DNA from: a virus
Taxonomy: Duplodnaviria > Heunggongvirae > Uroviricota > Caudoviricetes
Length of the DNA stretch: 8,869 nt
Virus record (IMG/VR): IMGVR_UViG_2740892258_000018
Span: 1 to 8,869 of that record
Strand: one strand, 5' to 3'
Part shown: in pieces, positions 1 through 7,024 of the stretch
How positions within the stretch are numbered: the stretch's first letter is position 1
Layout: every line of letters begins with the position of its first letter
Translations under genes and position numbers: made by a program
Notes under the pieces: generated by a model
What the model saw: only the letters and a program-made list of their open reading frames with translations
The model's database searches: none
Told to the model about the DNA's origin: nothing

Positions 1-1338
1 ATGACGGGGGCAGATAGTGAAGGCGGAGCTGAGGTGTATTCAGCCGCAACCACGCGTGACCAGGCCAGAATCGTGTTTGAAGACGCCAAAAATATGGTCA
101 GAAAAGCCCGGTCGACACTCGGGCGGTTGTTTGATTTCAACAAGCTGGCGATTTACCAGGAGCAGAGCGCATCAAAATTTGAACCGCTTTCCTCGGATGC
201 AAACAACCTGGACGGTCTGAACATCCACTGCGCCATTATTGATGAGCTGCATGCACATAAAACCCGCGACGTGTGGGACGTTCTGGAAACGGCAACCGGT
301 GCCCGTCTGCAGTCCCTGTTATTTGGTATCACCACGGCTGGCTTTAACAAGGAAGGGATTTGTTACGAGCAGCGTGATTACGCCATCAAGGTATTGCGAG
401 GCTATAACAGCGACGTGGAGGGCGCTGTAAAAGACGACTCTTACTTTGCGATCATTTACACGCTCGATGAGGGAGATGATCCGTTTGATGAAACGGTCTG
501 GCAGAAAGCGAATCCTGGCCTGGGCATCTGTAAACGCTGGGATGATCTGCGTCGTCTGGCGAAAAAAGCGAAGGAGCAGGTCTCTGCGCGGGTGAATTTT
601 TTTACCAAACACATGAATGTGTGGGTCACTGCCGAATCTGCCTGGATGGATATGATTAAGTGGGAGAAGTGCGAATACATTGCTCCACAACATGAGCTGA
701 AAACATATCCCATGTGGGTCGGCGTCGACCTTGCTCATAAGATTGATATCTGTGCGGCGGCAAAACTCTGGCGAACCGATAACGGACATGTTCATGCTGA
801 TTTTAAATTCTGGCTTCCGGAAGGACGGCTGGAACGATGCTCGCGGCAGCAGGCAGAACTTTACCGGAAGTGGGCGGAGATGGATAAGCTCATCCTGACG
901 GATGGTGATGTTATCGATCATGCTCAGATAAAAAGTGACTTACTGGAATGGATTGGCGGTGAAAACCTCAGGGAACTGGGATTTGACCCGTGGAGCGCAA
1001 TGCAGTTCAGTCTGGCACTGGCTGAAGAAGGGATACCGCTGGTGGAGGTTCCGCAGACGGTCCGCAATCTGTCAGAGGCCATGAAGGAAACGGAATCACT
1101 GGTTTATGCCGGGCGTTTCCATCACAGCAATCATCCGGTCATGAACTGGATGATGTCTAACGTTACTGTAAAACCGGACAAAAACGACAACATCTTCCCG
1201 AATAAATCCACGCCGGAAGCCAAAATCGACGGCCCTGTTGCGCTTTTTACAGCCATGAGCCGCTTTCTGGTAAATGGCGGGGGCGTGAATGACTTTCTGT
1301 CCACGCTTGATCCTGATGAGGACCTGTTAATTCTGTGA
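1..1338 (+). CDS. Phage terminase large subunit (HK97/Terminase_1-like), 5'-partial: window starts inside the gene
   Basis: 445-aa ORF running from window edge to TGA at 1336-1338. Contains an ATPase Walker-B-like segment (HCAIIDELH) followed by a TTAG motif and a C-terminal nuclease-type region. Walker A is absent, so the N-terminus lies upstream of the window; the ATG at position 1 is probably coincidental. Family assigned by recognition of the translated sequence, no search run. Confidence 0.85.
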   Translation: MTGADSEGGAEVYSAATTRDQARIVFEDAKNMVRKARSTLGRLFDFNKLAIYQEQSASKFEPLSSDANNLDGLNIHCAIIDELHAHKTRDVWDVLETATGARLQSLLFGITTAGFNKEGICYEQRDYAIKVLRGYNSDVEGAVKDDSYFAIIYTLDEGDDPFDETVWQKANPGLGICKRWDDLRRLAKKAKEQVSARVNFFTKHMNVWVTAESAWMDMIKWEKCEYIAPQHELKTYPMWVGVDLAHKIDICAAAKLWRTDNGHVHADFKFWLPEGRLERCSRQQAELYRKWAEMDKLILTDGDVIDHAQIKSDLLEWIGGENLRELGFDPWSAMQFSLALAEEGIPLVEVPQTVRNLSEAMKETESLVYAGRFHHSNHPVMNWMMSNVTVKPDKNDNIFPNKSTPEAKIDGPVALFTAMSRFLVNGGGVNDFLSTLDPDEDLLIL

Positions 1339-1355
1339 AACAGCTTATTACTGAT

Positions 1356-1496
1356 ATGACCGGGCTGATCGGTTTCGGTCTGCTCACTGCTGGCGTTTAT
1401 CTGTATGCAGGTCTGCCAGCGTCTCTGATGCTGTCTGGCTGTTTGTTGCTGCTTTATGCACTGGTGGTGTCCATGAGGAGAAAACATGCTTCTTGA
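1356..1496 (+). CDS. Hypothetical small membrane protein (46 aa, two predicted TM helices) filling the terminase-portal gap
   Basis: ORF ATG 1356 to TGA 1494-1496, not in the supplied track (under 60 aa). Translation MTGLIGFGLLTAGVYLYAGLPASLMLSGCLLLLYALVVSMRRKHAS is strongly hydrophobic with a basic C-terminus. Its stop overlaps the portal start (1486). An in-frame GTG at 1335 overlapping the terminase stop would give 53 aa. No convincing Shine-Dalgarno, so coding status is uncertain. Confidence 0.3.
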   Translation: MTGLIGFGLLTAGVYLYAGLPASLMLSGCLLLLYALVVSMRRKHAS

Positions 1497-2712
1497 TGCT
1501 CTGTTTCGCAGTGAGCCTCTGGAAAATCCCTCGGTTCCGGTAACCGGAGAGGCCGCTGAGACGGATAATATTTTTGCCCGGGATGTGTATGTCAGTCCGG
1601 AAACGTCCATGAGGCTGGCTGCTGTCTATGCCTGTATTTATGTTATTTCATCCAGTGTGGCTCAGATGCCCCTGCATGTGATGCGAAAAACGAATGAGCA
1701 TGTTCAGCCGGCACGCGATCACCCGTTGTTCTGGCTCGTTCATGATGAACCGAATGCCTGGCAGACCAGCTATAAGTGGCGGGAACTGAAGCAGCGTCAT
1801 GTGCTGGGGTGGGGCAATGGTTATACGTGGGTGAAACGTAATCGTCGTGGCGAGGTTACCAGTCTTGAATGCTGTATGCCATGGGAAACCACGTTACTTA
1901 ACACTGGAGGGCGTCATACCTACGGTGTGTATAACGAAGAGGGTGCATTTGCGGTAAGTCCGGACGACATGATCCATATCAGGGCGCTGGGAAACAATCA
2001 GAAAATGGGACTGAGTCCGATCATGCAGCATGCTGAAACCATTGGTATGGGAATGAGTGGTCAGCAGTATACCAGTGCTTTTTTTAACGGTAATGCCCGT
2101 CCTGCCGGGATTATTTCTGTGAAAAATGAACTGAACGAACAGAGTTGGAGCAGGCTCAAGAATATGTGGCAGCGGGCGGTGACAGCGCTTCGCAGTCAGG
2201 AAAATAAAACCATGCTGCTGCCTGCGCAACTGGATTACCGTGCCCTGACAGTTTCTCCGGTGGATGCTCAGATCATTGATATGACCAAGCTGAACCGGTC
2301 GATGATTGCCGGAATTTTTAATGTCCCGGCGCACATGATTAATGACCTGGAAAAAGCCACATTTTCGAATATTACACAGCAGGCGATTCAGTTTGTTCGC
2401 TACACGATGATGCCCTGGGTTGCGAACTGGGAGCAGGAGCTTAACCGTCGCCTGTTTACCCGCACAGAACGGGCTGCCGGGTATTACGTTCGTTTCAACC
2501 TTACAGGATTGCTCCGCGGGACTCCACAGGAGCGTGCGCAGTTTTATCACTTTGCCATTACAGATGGCTGGATGAGCCGGAATGAAGCGAGGGCATTTGA
2601 GGACATGAACCCGGTTGATGGTCTGGATGAAATGCTGGTCAGCGTAAATGCAGCAAATCCGTTGAATGATTTTAAAGATACGAAAGGCAAAGAGGAAAAG
2701 AACGATGAATGA
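1486..2712 (+). CDS. Phage portal protein, HK97 family
   Basis: 408-aa ORF with strong RBS (AGGAGA 1475-1480, 5-nt spacer). Size and sequence character fit HK97-type portals, including a C-terminal acidic tail. Sits directly after the terminase, the canonical order. Confidence 0.85.
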   Translation: MLLDALFRSEPLENPSVPVTGEAAETDNIFARDVYVSPETSMRLAAVYACIYVISSSVAQMPLHVMRKTNEHVQPARDHPLFWLVHDEPNAWQTSYKWRELKQRHVLGWGNGYTWVKRNRRGEVTSLECCMPWETTLLNTGGRHTYGVYNEEGAFAVSPDDMIHIRALGNNQKMGLSPIMQHAETIGMGMSGQQYTSAFFNGNARPAGIISVKNELNEQSWSRLKNMWQRAVTALRSQENKTMLLPAQLDYRALTVSPVDAQIIDMTKLNRSMIAGIFNVPAHMINDLEKATFSNITQQAIQFVRYTMMPWVANWEQELNRRLFTRTERAAGYYVRFNLTGLLRGTPQERAQFYHFAITDGWMSRNEARAFEDMNPVDGLDEMLVSVNAANPLNDFKDTKGKEEKNDE

Positions 2713-3304
2713 CCGTGAAACGCGCTGTTACAGCGGGGAAGTGCGGGCAGAACAATATGATAATGCCCCGACTCATATTTTGGGGTATGGCTCGGTATTT
2801 AACAGTCGTTCAGAACCTCTGTGGGGATTTCGTGAAATCATCAAGCCGGGGGCTTTTGACGACGTGCTGAATGATGATGTACGTGGATTGTTTAATCATG
2901 ATCCTAATTTCATTCTCGGACGAAGTTCTGCCGGCACGTTGTCATTATCAGTGGATGAACGTGGTTTGCGTTACGACATTGTTGCACCGGATACGCCGAC
3001 GATTTGTGACCTGGTGCTGTCACCAATGTTGCGTGGTGACATTAATCAGTCCTCGTTCGCGTTTCGCGTCGCTCGTGATGGAGAGAGCTGGTATGAAGAC
3101 GACGAGGGGATTGTTATCCGGGAAATCACGCGCATTTCTCGTCTGTATGACGTCAGCCCGGTGACATATCCGGCCTATCAGGACGCAGACTCTGGTGTCC
3201 GCTCAATGAAAGCCTGGCAGGAAGCGCGGGCGAGTGGTGCGCTGAAGAAAGCTGTTAACGAACGAATGGCGCGTGAGCGTCTTTTGACCCTTCTTAATGC
3301 ATAA
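2705..3304 (+). CDS. Prohead maturation protease, HK97 family (peptidase S78-like)
   Basis: Track ORF starts at 2666, but the ATG at 2705 has a GAGGAA SD 8 nt upstream and overlaps the portal stop (ATGAATGA), so 2705 is the preferred start. About 199 aa; contains the conserved His-containing LFNHD motif and a downstream Ser-rich segment (GDINQSSFAFR) typical of HK97 gp4-type proteases. Position between portal and capsid is canonical. Confidence 0.8.
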   Translation: MNDRETRCYSGEVRAEQYDNAPTHILGYGSVFNSRSEPLWGFREIIKPGAFDDVLNDDVRGLFNHDPNFILGRSSAGTLSLSVDERGLRYDIVAPDTPTICDLVLSPMLRGDINQSSFAFRVARDGESWYEDDEGIVIREITRISRLYDVSPVTYPAYQDADSGVRSMKAWQEARASGALKKAVNERMARERLLTLLNA

Positions 3305-3318
3305 GGATACTACTGACG

Positions 3319-4536
3319 ATGAAACTTCATGAGATGAAGCAAAAACGAAACACCATTGCAAAGGATATGCGTGCACTGCATGAAAAAATTGGTGATAACG
3401 CATGGACTGATGAGCAACGGGCAGAGTGGAACAGGGCGAAAGCTGAGCTGGATGCGCTGGATGAGCAAATCGCCCGTGAAGAAGAGTTGCGCCGTCAGGA
3501 TCAGGCATATGTGGATGAGTCCGGGCCGGAAGAGCGCCAGAATAATGAGGCGGAGAACGGGAAAAAGGCGGTGGAAGAGAAGCGCGCTGCGGCATTTAAC
3601 CGTTTTCTGCGTGCCGGATTTGCAGAACTGAATGCTGAAGAGCGTAATCTGATGCGTGAACTGCGGGCTCAGAGTGTAACAACGGATTCTCAGGGCGGAT
3701 ATACGGTGCCCACGCAGATGCGTAACAAAATCATTGACACCATGAAGGCTTATGGCGGGATTGCCAGTGTTGCGCAACTTCTGACCACATCAACCGGGCA
3801 GGATATCACCTGGTCAACGTCTGATGGCACGACTGAAGAGGGCGAACTGCTGGCGGAAAATACAGCCGCAACGGAACAGGATGTGACGTTCGGGACCGCT
3901 ATTCTGGGGGCTAAAAAGCTGTCATCAAAAATAATTCGTGTGTCCAATGAGCTGCTCCAGGACAGTGGGGTGGATATTGAATCTTATCTGGCAAACCGTA
4001 TTGCCCAGCGTATTGGTCGTGGAGAGGCGAAATATCTGGTTCAGGGGACCGGAACGGGATCACCGTTACAGCCAAAAGGGCTGGCAGCGTCGGTGACGGG
4101 AATCATCCAGACTGCAGCCTCTGCCGCTTTCACCTGGAAAGAAATGAATGCCCTGAAACATGCCATTGATCCGGCATATCGTGGTGGGCCGAAATACCGC
4201 TGGGCATTCAATGATGCCACATTGCAGACTATTGAAGAGATGGAGGATGGACAGAAACGCCCGTTATGGCTGCCGGATATTGCAGGCGGTACGCCGGCTA
4301 CTGTGCTGGGGATCCCTTATGTTATTGATCAGGCTATTGACGGGATTGGTACCGGAAAAAAATTCATTTTCCTGGGGGATTTCAACCGCTTTATCATTCG
4401 CCGCGTTACTTATATGGAACTGAAACGTCTGGTTGAGCGTTATGCTGAGTTTGATCAGGTGGCATTTCTGGCTTTCCATCGTTTTGACTGTGTGCTGGAA
4501 GATGTGGCAGCCATCAAGGCGCTCACTGGCAAATAA
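3319..4536 (+). CDS. Major capsid protein, HK97 family, with N-terminal delta (scaffolding) domain
   Basis: 405-aa ORF with AAGGAT SD about 10 nt upstream. The N-terminal ~110 aa are charged and coiled-coil-like (EQRAEWNRAKAELDALDEQIAREEELRRQ...), as in HK97-type capsids that carry their scaffold in cis. The rest reads as an HK97-fold capsid body. Followed by an intrinsic terminator. Confidence 0.85.
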   Translation: MKLHEMKQKRNTIAKDMRALHEKIGDNAWTDEQRAEWNRAKAELDALDEQIAREEELRRQDQAYVDESGPEERQNNEAENGKKAVEEKRAAAFNRFLRAGFAELNAEERNLMRELRAQSVTTDSQGGYTVPTQMRNKIIDTMKAYGGIASVAQLLTTSTGQDITWSTSDGTTEEGELLAENTAATEQDVTFGTAILGAKKLSSKIIRVSNELLQDSGVDIESYLANRIAQRIGRGEAKYLVQGTGTGSPLQPKGLAASVTGIIQTAASAAFTWKEMNALKHAIDPAYRGGPKYRWAFNDATLQTIEEMEDGQKRPLWLPDIAGGTPATVLGIPYVIDQAIDGIGTGKKFIFLGDFNRFIIRRVTYMELKRLVERYAEFDQVAFLAFHRFDCVLEDVAAIKALTGK

Positions 4537-4556
4537 CCACTCGTTGTTCAGTTACA

Positions 4557-4580
4557 GACCGCGCCGACGCGGTTTTTTTA
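4557..4580 (+). terminator. Rho-independent terminator/attenuator downstream of the major capsid gene
   Basis: Sequence GACCGCGCCGACGCGGTTTTTTTA: stem ACCGCG (4558-4563) pairs with CGCGGT (4568-4573) around loop CCGA, followed by a run of 7 T (4573-4579). Lies 21 nt after the capsid stop. Confidence 0.6.
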
Positions 4581-4602
4581 TGCCCGCACAGTGTTGCGGG
4601 CA
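4581..4602 (+). promoter_or_regulatory. Perfect 8-bp inverted repeat (TGCCCGCA-N6-TGCGGGCA) overlapping the SD of the connector gene
   Basis: TGCCCGCA at 4581-4588 and its exact reverse complement TGCGGGCA at 4595-4602, spacer CAGTGT. The 3' arm overlaps the GGAG SD (4603-4606) of the gene starting at 4613. No T-tract follows, so it is more likely an operator or translational-control hairpin than a terminator. Confidence 0.35.
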
Positions 4603-4612
4603 GGAGTTTCTG

Positions 4613-4930
4613 ATGGCAGCAATAGTGGAAAAACTCAGGGCGCAGTGCCGTATTGATACAGATGATGCAACTGATGATGAGTTACTGATGCTGTATTTCC
4701 GGGCTGCCTGCCGCAAGGCAGAAAATTTTATCAACCGTAAGCTTTATGAGGAGACGGTGCCGGAAGGTGATCCTGAAGGGGTGCTTATAGCTGATGATGT
4801 TTTGCTGGCGCTCATGTTGCTGGTCGGGCACTGGTACGAAAACCGGGAAAATTCCTCAGATGTCAGCAAGGCACCAGTCCCGTTTGGTTTTTCTTCTCTG
4901 CTGGAGCCTTATCGTTTTATTCCTTTGTAG
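4613..4930 (+). CDS. Head-tail connector protein (gp6-like, Phage_connect_1 family)
   Basis: Track ORF 4433-4930 overlaps the capsid gene and spans the terminator, so the ATG at 4613 (GGAG SD 4603-4606, 6-nt spacer) is the likely start. About 105 aa; the N-terminal pattern LRAQCRIDTDDATDDELLMLYFRAA is characteristic of gp6-like connectors. Confidence 0.75.
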   Translation: MAAIVEKLRAQCRIDTDDATDDELLMLYFRAACRKAENFINRKLYEETVPEGDPEGVLIADDVLLALMLLVGHWYENRENSSDVSKAPVPFGFSSLLEPYRFIPL

Positions 4931-4938
4931 GAGGAGAC

Positions 4939-5277
4939 ATGCAGGCGGGCAGATTACGTGATCGCGTAATTATTCTGAATGTCACCACCGCCCGCTCTCC
5001 GTCAGGGCATCCGGTGGAGACGGTGACGGAGGGAGCTACCGTATGGGCAGAAGTTAAGGGTATCAGCGGGAGGGAGATAATCTCAGGCGGAGCAGAAACC
5101 GCTCAGGCTACGGTCAGAGTCTGGATGAGATTCCGGCGCGATGTGACAGCGACTTCACGTCTGAAAGTGCTGACCGGTGCATTTAAAGGGGCCATTCTGG
5201 GTATAGAAGGTCCACCAATACCGGATGCACGCGCTACCCGGCTTGAAATACTCTGCAGCCTGAAGGGGAATGTGTGA
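4939..5277 (+). CDS. Head closure / head-tail adaptor protein (SPP1 gp16-like, Phage_H_T_join family)
   Basis: 112-aa ORF with strong SD AGGAGGAG (4929-4936). Pattern RDRVIILNVTTARSPSGHPVETVTEGATVWAEVKGISGRE...RVWMRFRRDV fits head-closure proteins. Canonical position after the connector. Confidence 0.75.
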   Translation: MQAGRLRDRVIILNVTTARSPSGHPVETVTEGATVWAEVKGISGREIISGGAETAQATVRVWMRFRRDVTATSRLKVLTGAFKGAILGIEGPPIPDARATRLEILCSLKGNV

Positions 5278-5723
5278 TGGATTTCAGTCTTGATTTTTCC
5301 GGCCTGGCGGATATTGCACGGGATTTGGAGACGCTCAGCAGGGCAGAAAACAATAAGGTTCTGCGCGATGCCACCCGTGCCGGTGCTGAAGTTATGCGGG
5401 ATGCAGTTGTTGAACGTGCGCCGGAGCGAACCGGGAAACTGAAGAAAAATGTGGTTGTTCTCACTCAGCGTTCAAAGCGTCGGGGGGAAATTATCTCGGG
5501 TGTCCACATTCGCGGACGGAACCTGCGAACCGGAAACAGTGATAACAGCATGAAAGCCAGCGATCCCCGAAATGCATTTTACTGGCGCTTTGTGGAGCTG
5601 GGAACGATAAACATGCCCGCGCATCCATTCATTCGCCCGGCTTTCGATACGACAGAGGAACTGGCAGCACGGATTGCTATACAGCGAATGAATCAGGCTA
5701 TTGATGAGGTCTTAAGTAAATGA
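5277..5723 (+). CDS. HK97 gp10-family phage protein (neck/tail-attachment component)
   Basis: ATG at 5277 overlaps the upstream TGA (TGATG), indicating translational coupling. About 148 aa, with the ERAPERTGKLKKN segment matching the P..TG.L pattern of the gp10 family. Confidence 0.65.
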   Translation: MDFSLDFSGLADIARDLETLSRAENNKVLRDATRAGAEVMRDAVVERAPERTGKLKKNVVVLTQRSKRRGEIISGVHIRGRNLRTGNSDNSMKASDPRNAFYWRFVELGTINMPAHPFIRPAFDTTEELAARIAIQRMNQAIDEVLSK

Positions 5724-6055
5724 GAGAGGCCACACTGTATTCCCTGTTGTCTCAGCTGGCCGGAGGACAGGTTTATCCTTATGTGGTCCCACTGACGGAG
5801 GGAAAGCCTGCGGTATCTCCGCCGTGGCTGGTGTTTTCTGTGGTGTCTGACACGGCATCTGATGTGCTTGATGGGCAGGCTGAATCCAGAATTACCGTGC
5901 AGATCGATGTCTGGGCGACAGTACCTGATGACGCAGATAATATTCGTGAGCAGGCGCTTGATGCGGTAAGAAAACTGGCTGCCGCTACGGTCCGATGCGT
6001 GAAAACCCGGGCTTGCAGCGACCGTTCCGGTCGCGCCGCCCCTGTCGCGCCGTGA
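5720..6055 (+). CDS. DUF3168-like protein (gp11-like tail completion/neck protein); C-terminus possibly altered
   Basis: ATGA overlap with the upstream gene at 5720-5723. N-terminal two thirds (LYSLLSQLAGGQVYPYVVPLTEG...WLVFSVVSD...ITVQIDVWA) fit DUF3168 proteins. The last ~20 aa (RCVKTRACSDRSGRAAPVAP) are Cys/Arg/Pro-rich and read like translated GC-rich non-coding DNA. Confidence 0.5.
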   Translation: MREATLYSLLSQLAGGQVYPYVVPLTEGKPAVSPPWLVFSVVSDTASDVLDGQAESRITVQIDVWATVPDDADNIREQALDAVRKLAAATVRCVKTRACSDRSGRAAPVAP

Positions 6056-6439
6056 CCTGCGCTCCCTGCACACCTGACGGTGTGTGAGGAAACTGCGCCT
6101 GATGGCGCAGCAGTCCTCCCTCCTGCCGCCCCCCCTGCGGCCTGTTTCCCCGCTGTGGACTTTCCGGGGGGCAGACGTAACCCCCTCCCGTTCCATCTGT
6201 CCAGGGTGAGATGCACCGGCCACAAAATTTTTAGCCATGAACCCGGCAAAAAATTTTGCGTCCGCCCCCGGACAGCTGCCCCGTGAGGCGGTAAACGGGC
6301 CCCCATCGGAAAGGTCCACTGCGGGGAGAAACCCCTGTGAAGTGGACGGCAGGAGGAGCTTTCGCTCCTCTGAAGGGGCACATGAACGTCCCGTCGCCGG
6401 TATCCGGTTTATCTCACATCTTTCAGTCAGGAGGTTCTT
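6056..6439 (+). promoter_or_regulatory. GC-rich structured non-coding region upstream of ssb; candidate single-stranded-DNA promoter (Frpo/ssi-like)
   Basis: 384 bp with no credible ORF. Nested imperfect inverted repeats: CACACC/GGTGTG (6070-6084); CTGCGCC/GGCGCAG (6093-6110); long-range arms CCCGCTGTGGACTTTCCGGGGGG (6148-6170) versus CCCCCATCGGAAAGGTCCACTGCGGGG (6300-6326); inner AT-rich pair CACAAAATTTTT (6219-6230) versus AAAAAATTTTG (6248-6258). Ends at the ssb SD AGGAGG (6429-6434). Plasmid leading regions are known to carry ~300-nt hairpin-forming ssDNA promoters upstream of ssb, psiB and ardA. Confidence 0.45.
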
Positions 6440-6967
6440 ATGAGTGCACGTGGTATCAACAAGGTCATCCTCGTCGGGCGTCTGGGCAATGATCCGGAAG
6501 TCCGTTACATCCCCAACGGGGGCGCAGTGGCAAACCTGCAGGTGGCCACATCAGAAAGCTGGCGTGACAAACAGACGGGGGAGATGCGGGAGCAGACGGA
6601 ATGGCACCGCGTGGTGCTGTTCGGCAAGCTCGCGGAAGTGGCAGGTGAATATCTGCGCAAGGGTGCGCAGGTCTACATCGAAGGTCAGCTTCGCACCCGT
6701 AGCTGGGAAGATAACGGTATCACCCGTTACGTCACTGAAATTCTTGTTAAGACCACGGGCACCGTGCAGATGCTGGGACGTGCACCACAGCAGAACGCTC
6801 AGGCGCAACCGAAGCCTCAGCAGAATGGGCAGCCACAGAGTGCTGACGCGACGAAAAAAGGTGGCGCGAAAACGAAAGGCCGTGGACGTAAGGCCGCGCA
6901 GCCAGAGCCTCAGCCGCAACCGCCGGAGGGGGAGGATTACGGGTTTTCAGACGACATCCCGTTCTGA
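6440..6967 (+). CDS. ssb: Single-stranded DNA-binding protein, conjugative-plasmid type
   Basis: 175-aa ORF with AGGAGG SD 5 nt upstream. N-terminal OB-fold ([99 protein letters not shown]), a Gln/Pro-rich linker and the acidic tip DDIPF. The linker is [21 protein letters not shown] rather than the Gly/Gln-rich linker of chromosomal E. coli SSB, so it resembles F/IncI plasmid SSB more closely. Confidence 0.95.
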   Translation: MSARGINKVILVGRLGNDPEVRYIPNGGAVANLQVATSESWRDKQTGEMREQTEWHRVVLFGKLAEVAGEYLRKGAQVYIEGQLRTRSWEDNGITRYVTEILVKTTGTVQMLGRAPQQNAQAQPKPQQNGQPQSADATKKGGAKTKGRGRKAAQPEPQPQPPEGEDYGFSDDIPF

Positions 6968-6987
6968 TCGGGCTGACTGTGACAACC

Positions 6988-7006
6988 GCCCCGCCCTGTG
7001 CGGGGC
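6988..7006 (+). other. GC-rich hairpin in the ssb - ParB-like intergenic region
   Basis: GCCCCGC (6988-6994), loop CCTGT, GCGGGGC (7000-7006). No T-tract follows, so it is more likely an mRNA-stabilising or processing hairpin than a terminator. Confidence 0.3.
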
Positions 7007-7024
7007 ATCACCGGAGATATGAGG

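Noticed and set aside
319-921. Minus-strand ORFs of 150-220 aa (319-921, 1131-1610, 1894-2550, 3310-3777, 5693-6319, 5779-6381)
   Set aside because: Each lies antisense to, and fully inside, a well-supported + strand structural gene or the GC-rich intergenic region. Translations are low-complexity and Arg/Ser/Cys-rich with no recognisable domains or RBS, so they are chance ORFs.
2666-2704. Upstream extension of the protease ORF (track start 2666) and of the connector ORF (track start 4433)
   Set aside because: The extensions overlap the preceding genes or terminator and lack an RBS; internal ATGs at 2705 and 4613 have good Shine-Dalgarno sequences and canonical spacing.
6080-6443. Two 68-aa ORFs (6080-6286, 6237-6443) inside the GC-rich region upstream of ssb
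   Set aside because: Pro/Ala/Arg-rich translations typical of GC-rich non-coding DNA, no RBS, and the region is better explained by its dense inverted-repeat structure.
6444-7022. 192-aa + strand ORF overlapping ssb in another frame
   Set aside because: Arg-rich out-of-frame translation of the ssb coding sequence; ssb itself has a strong RBS and an unambiguous SSB fold.
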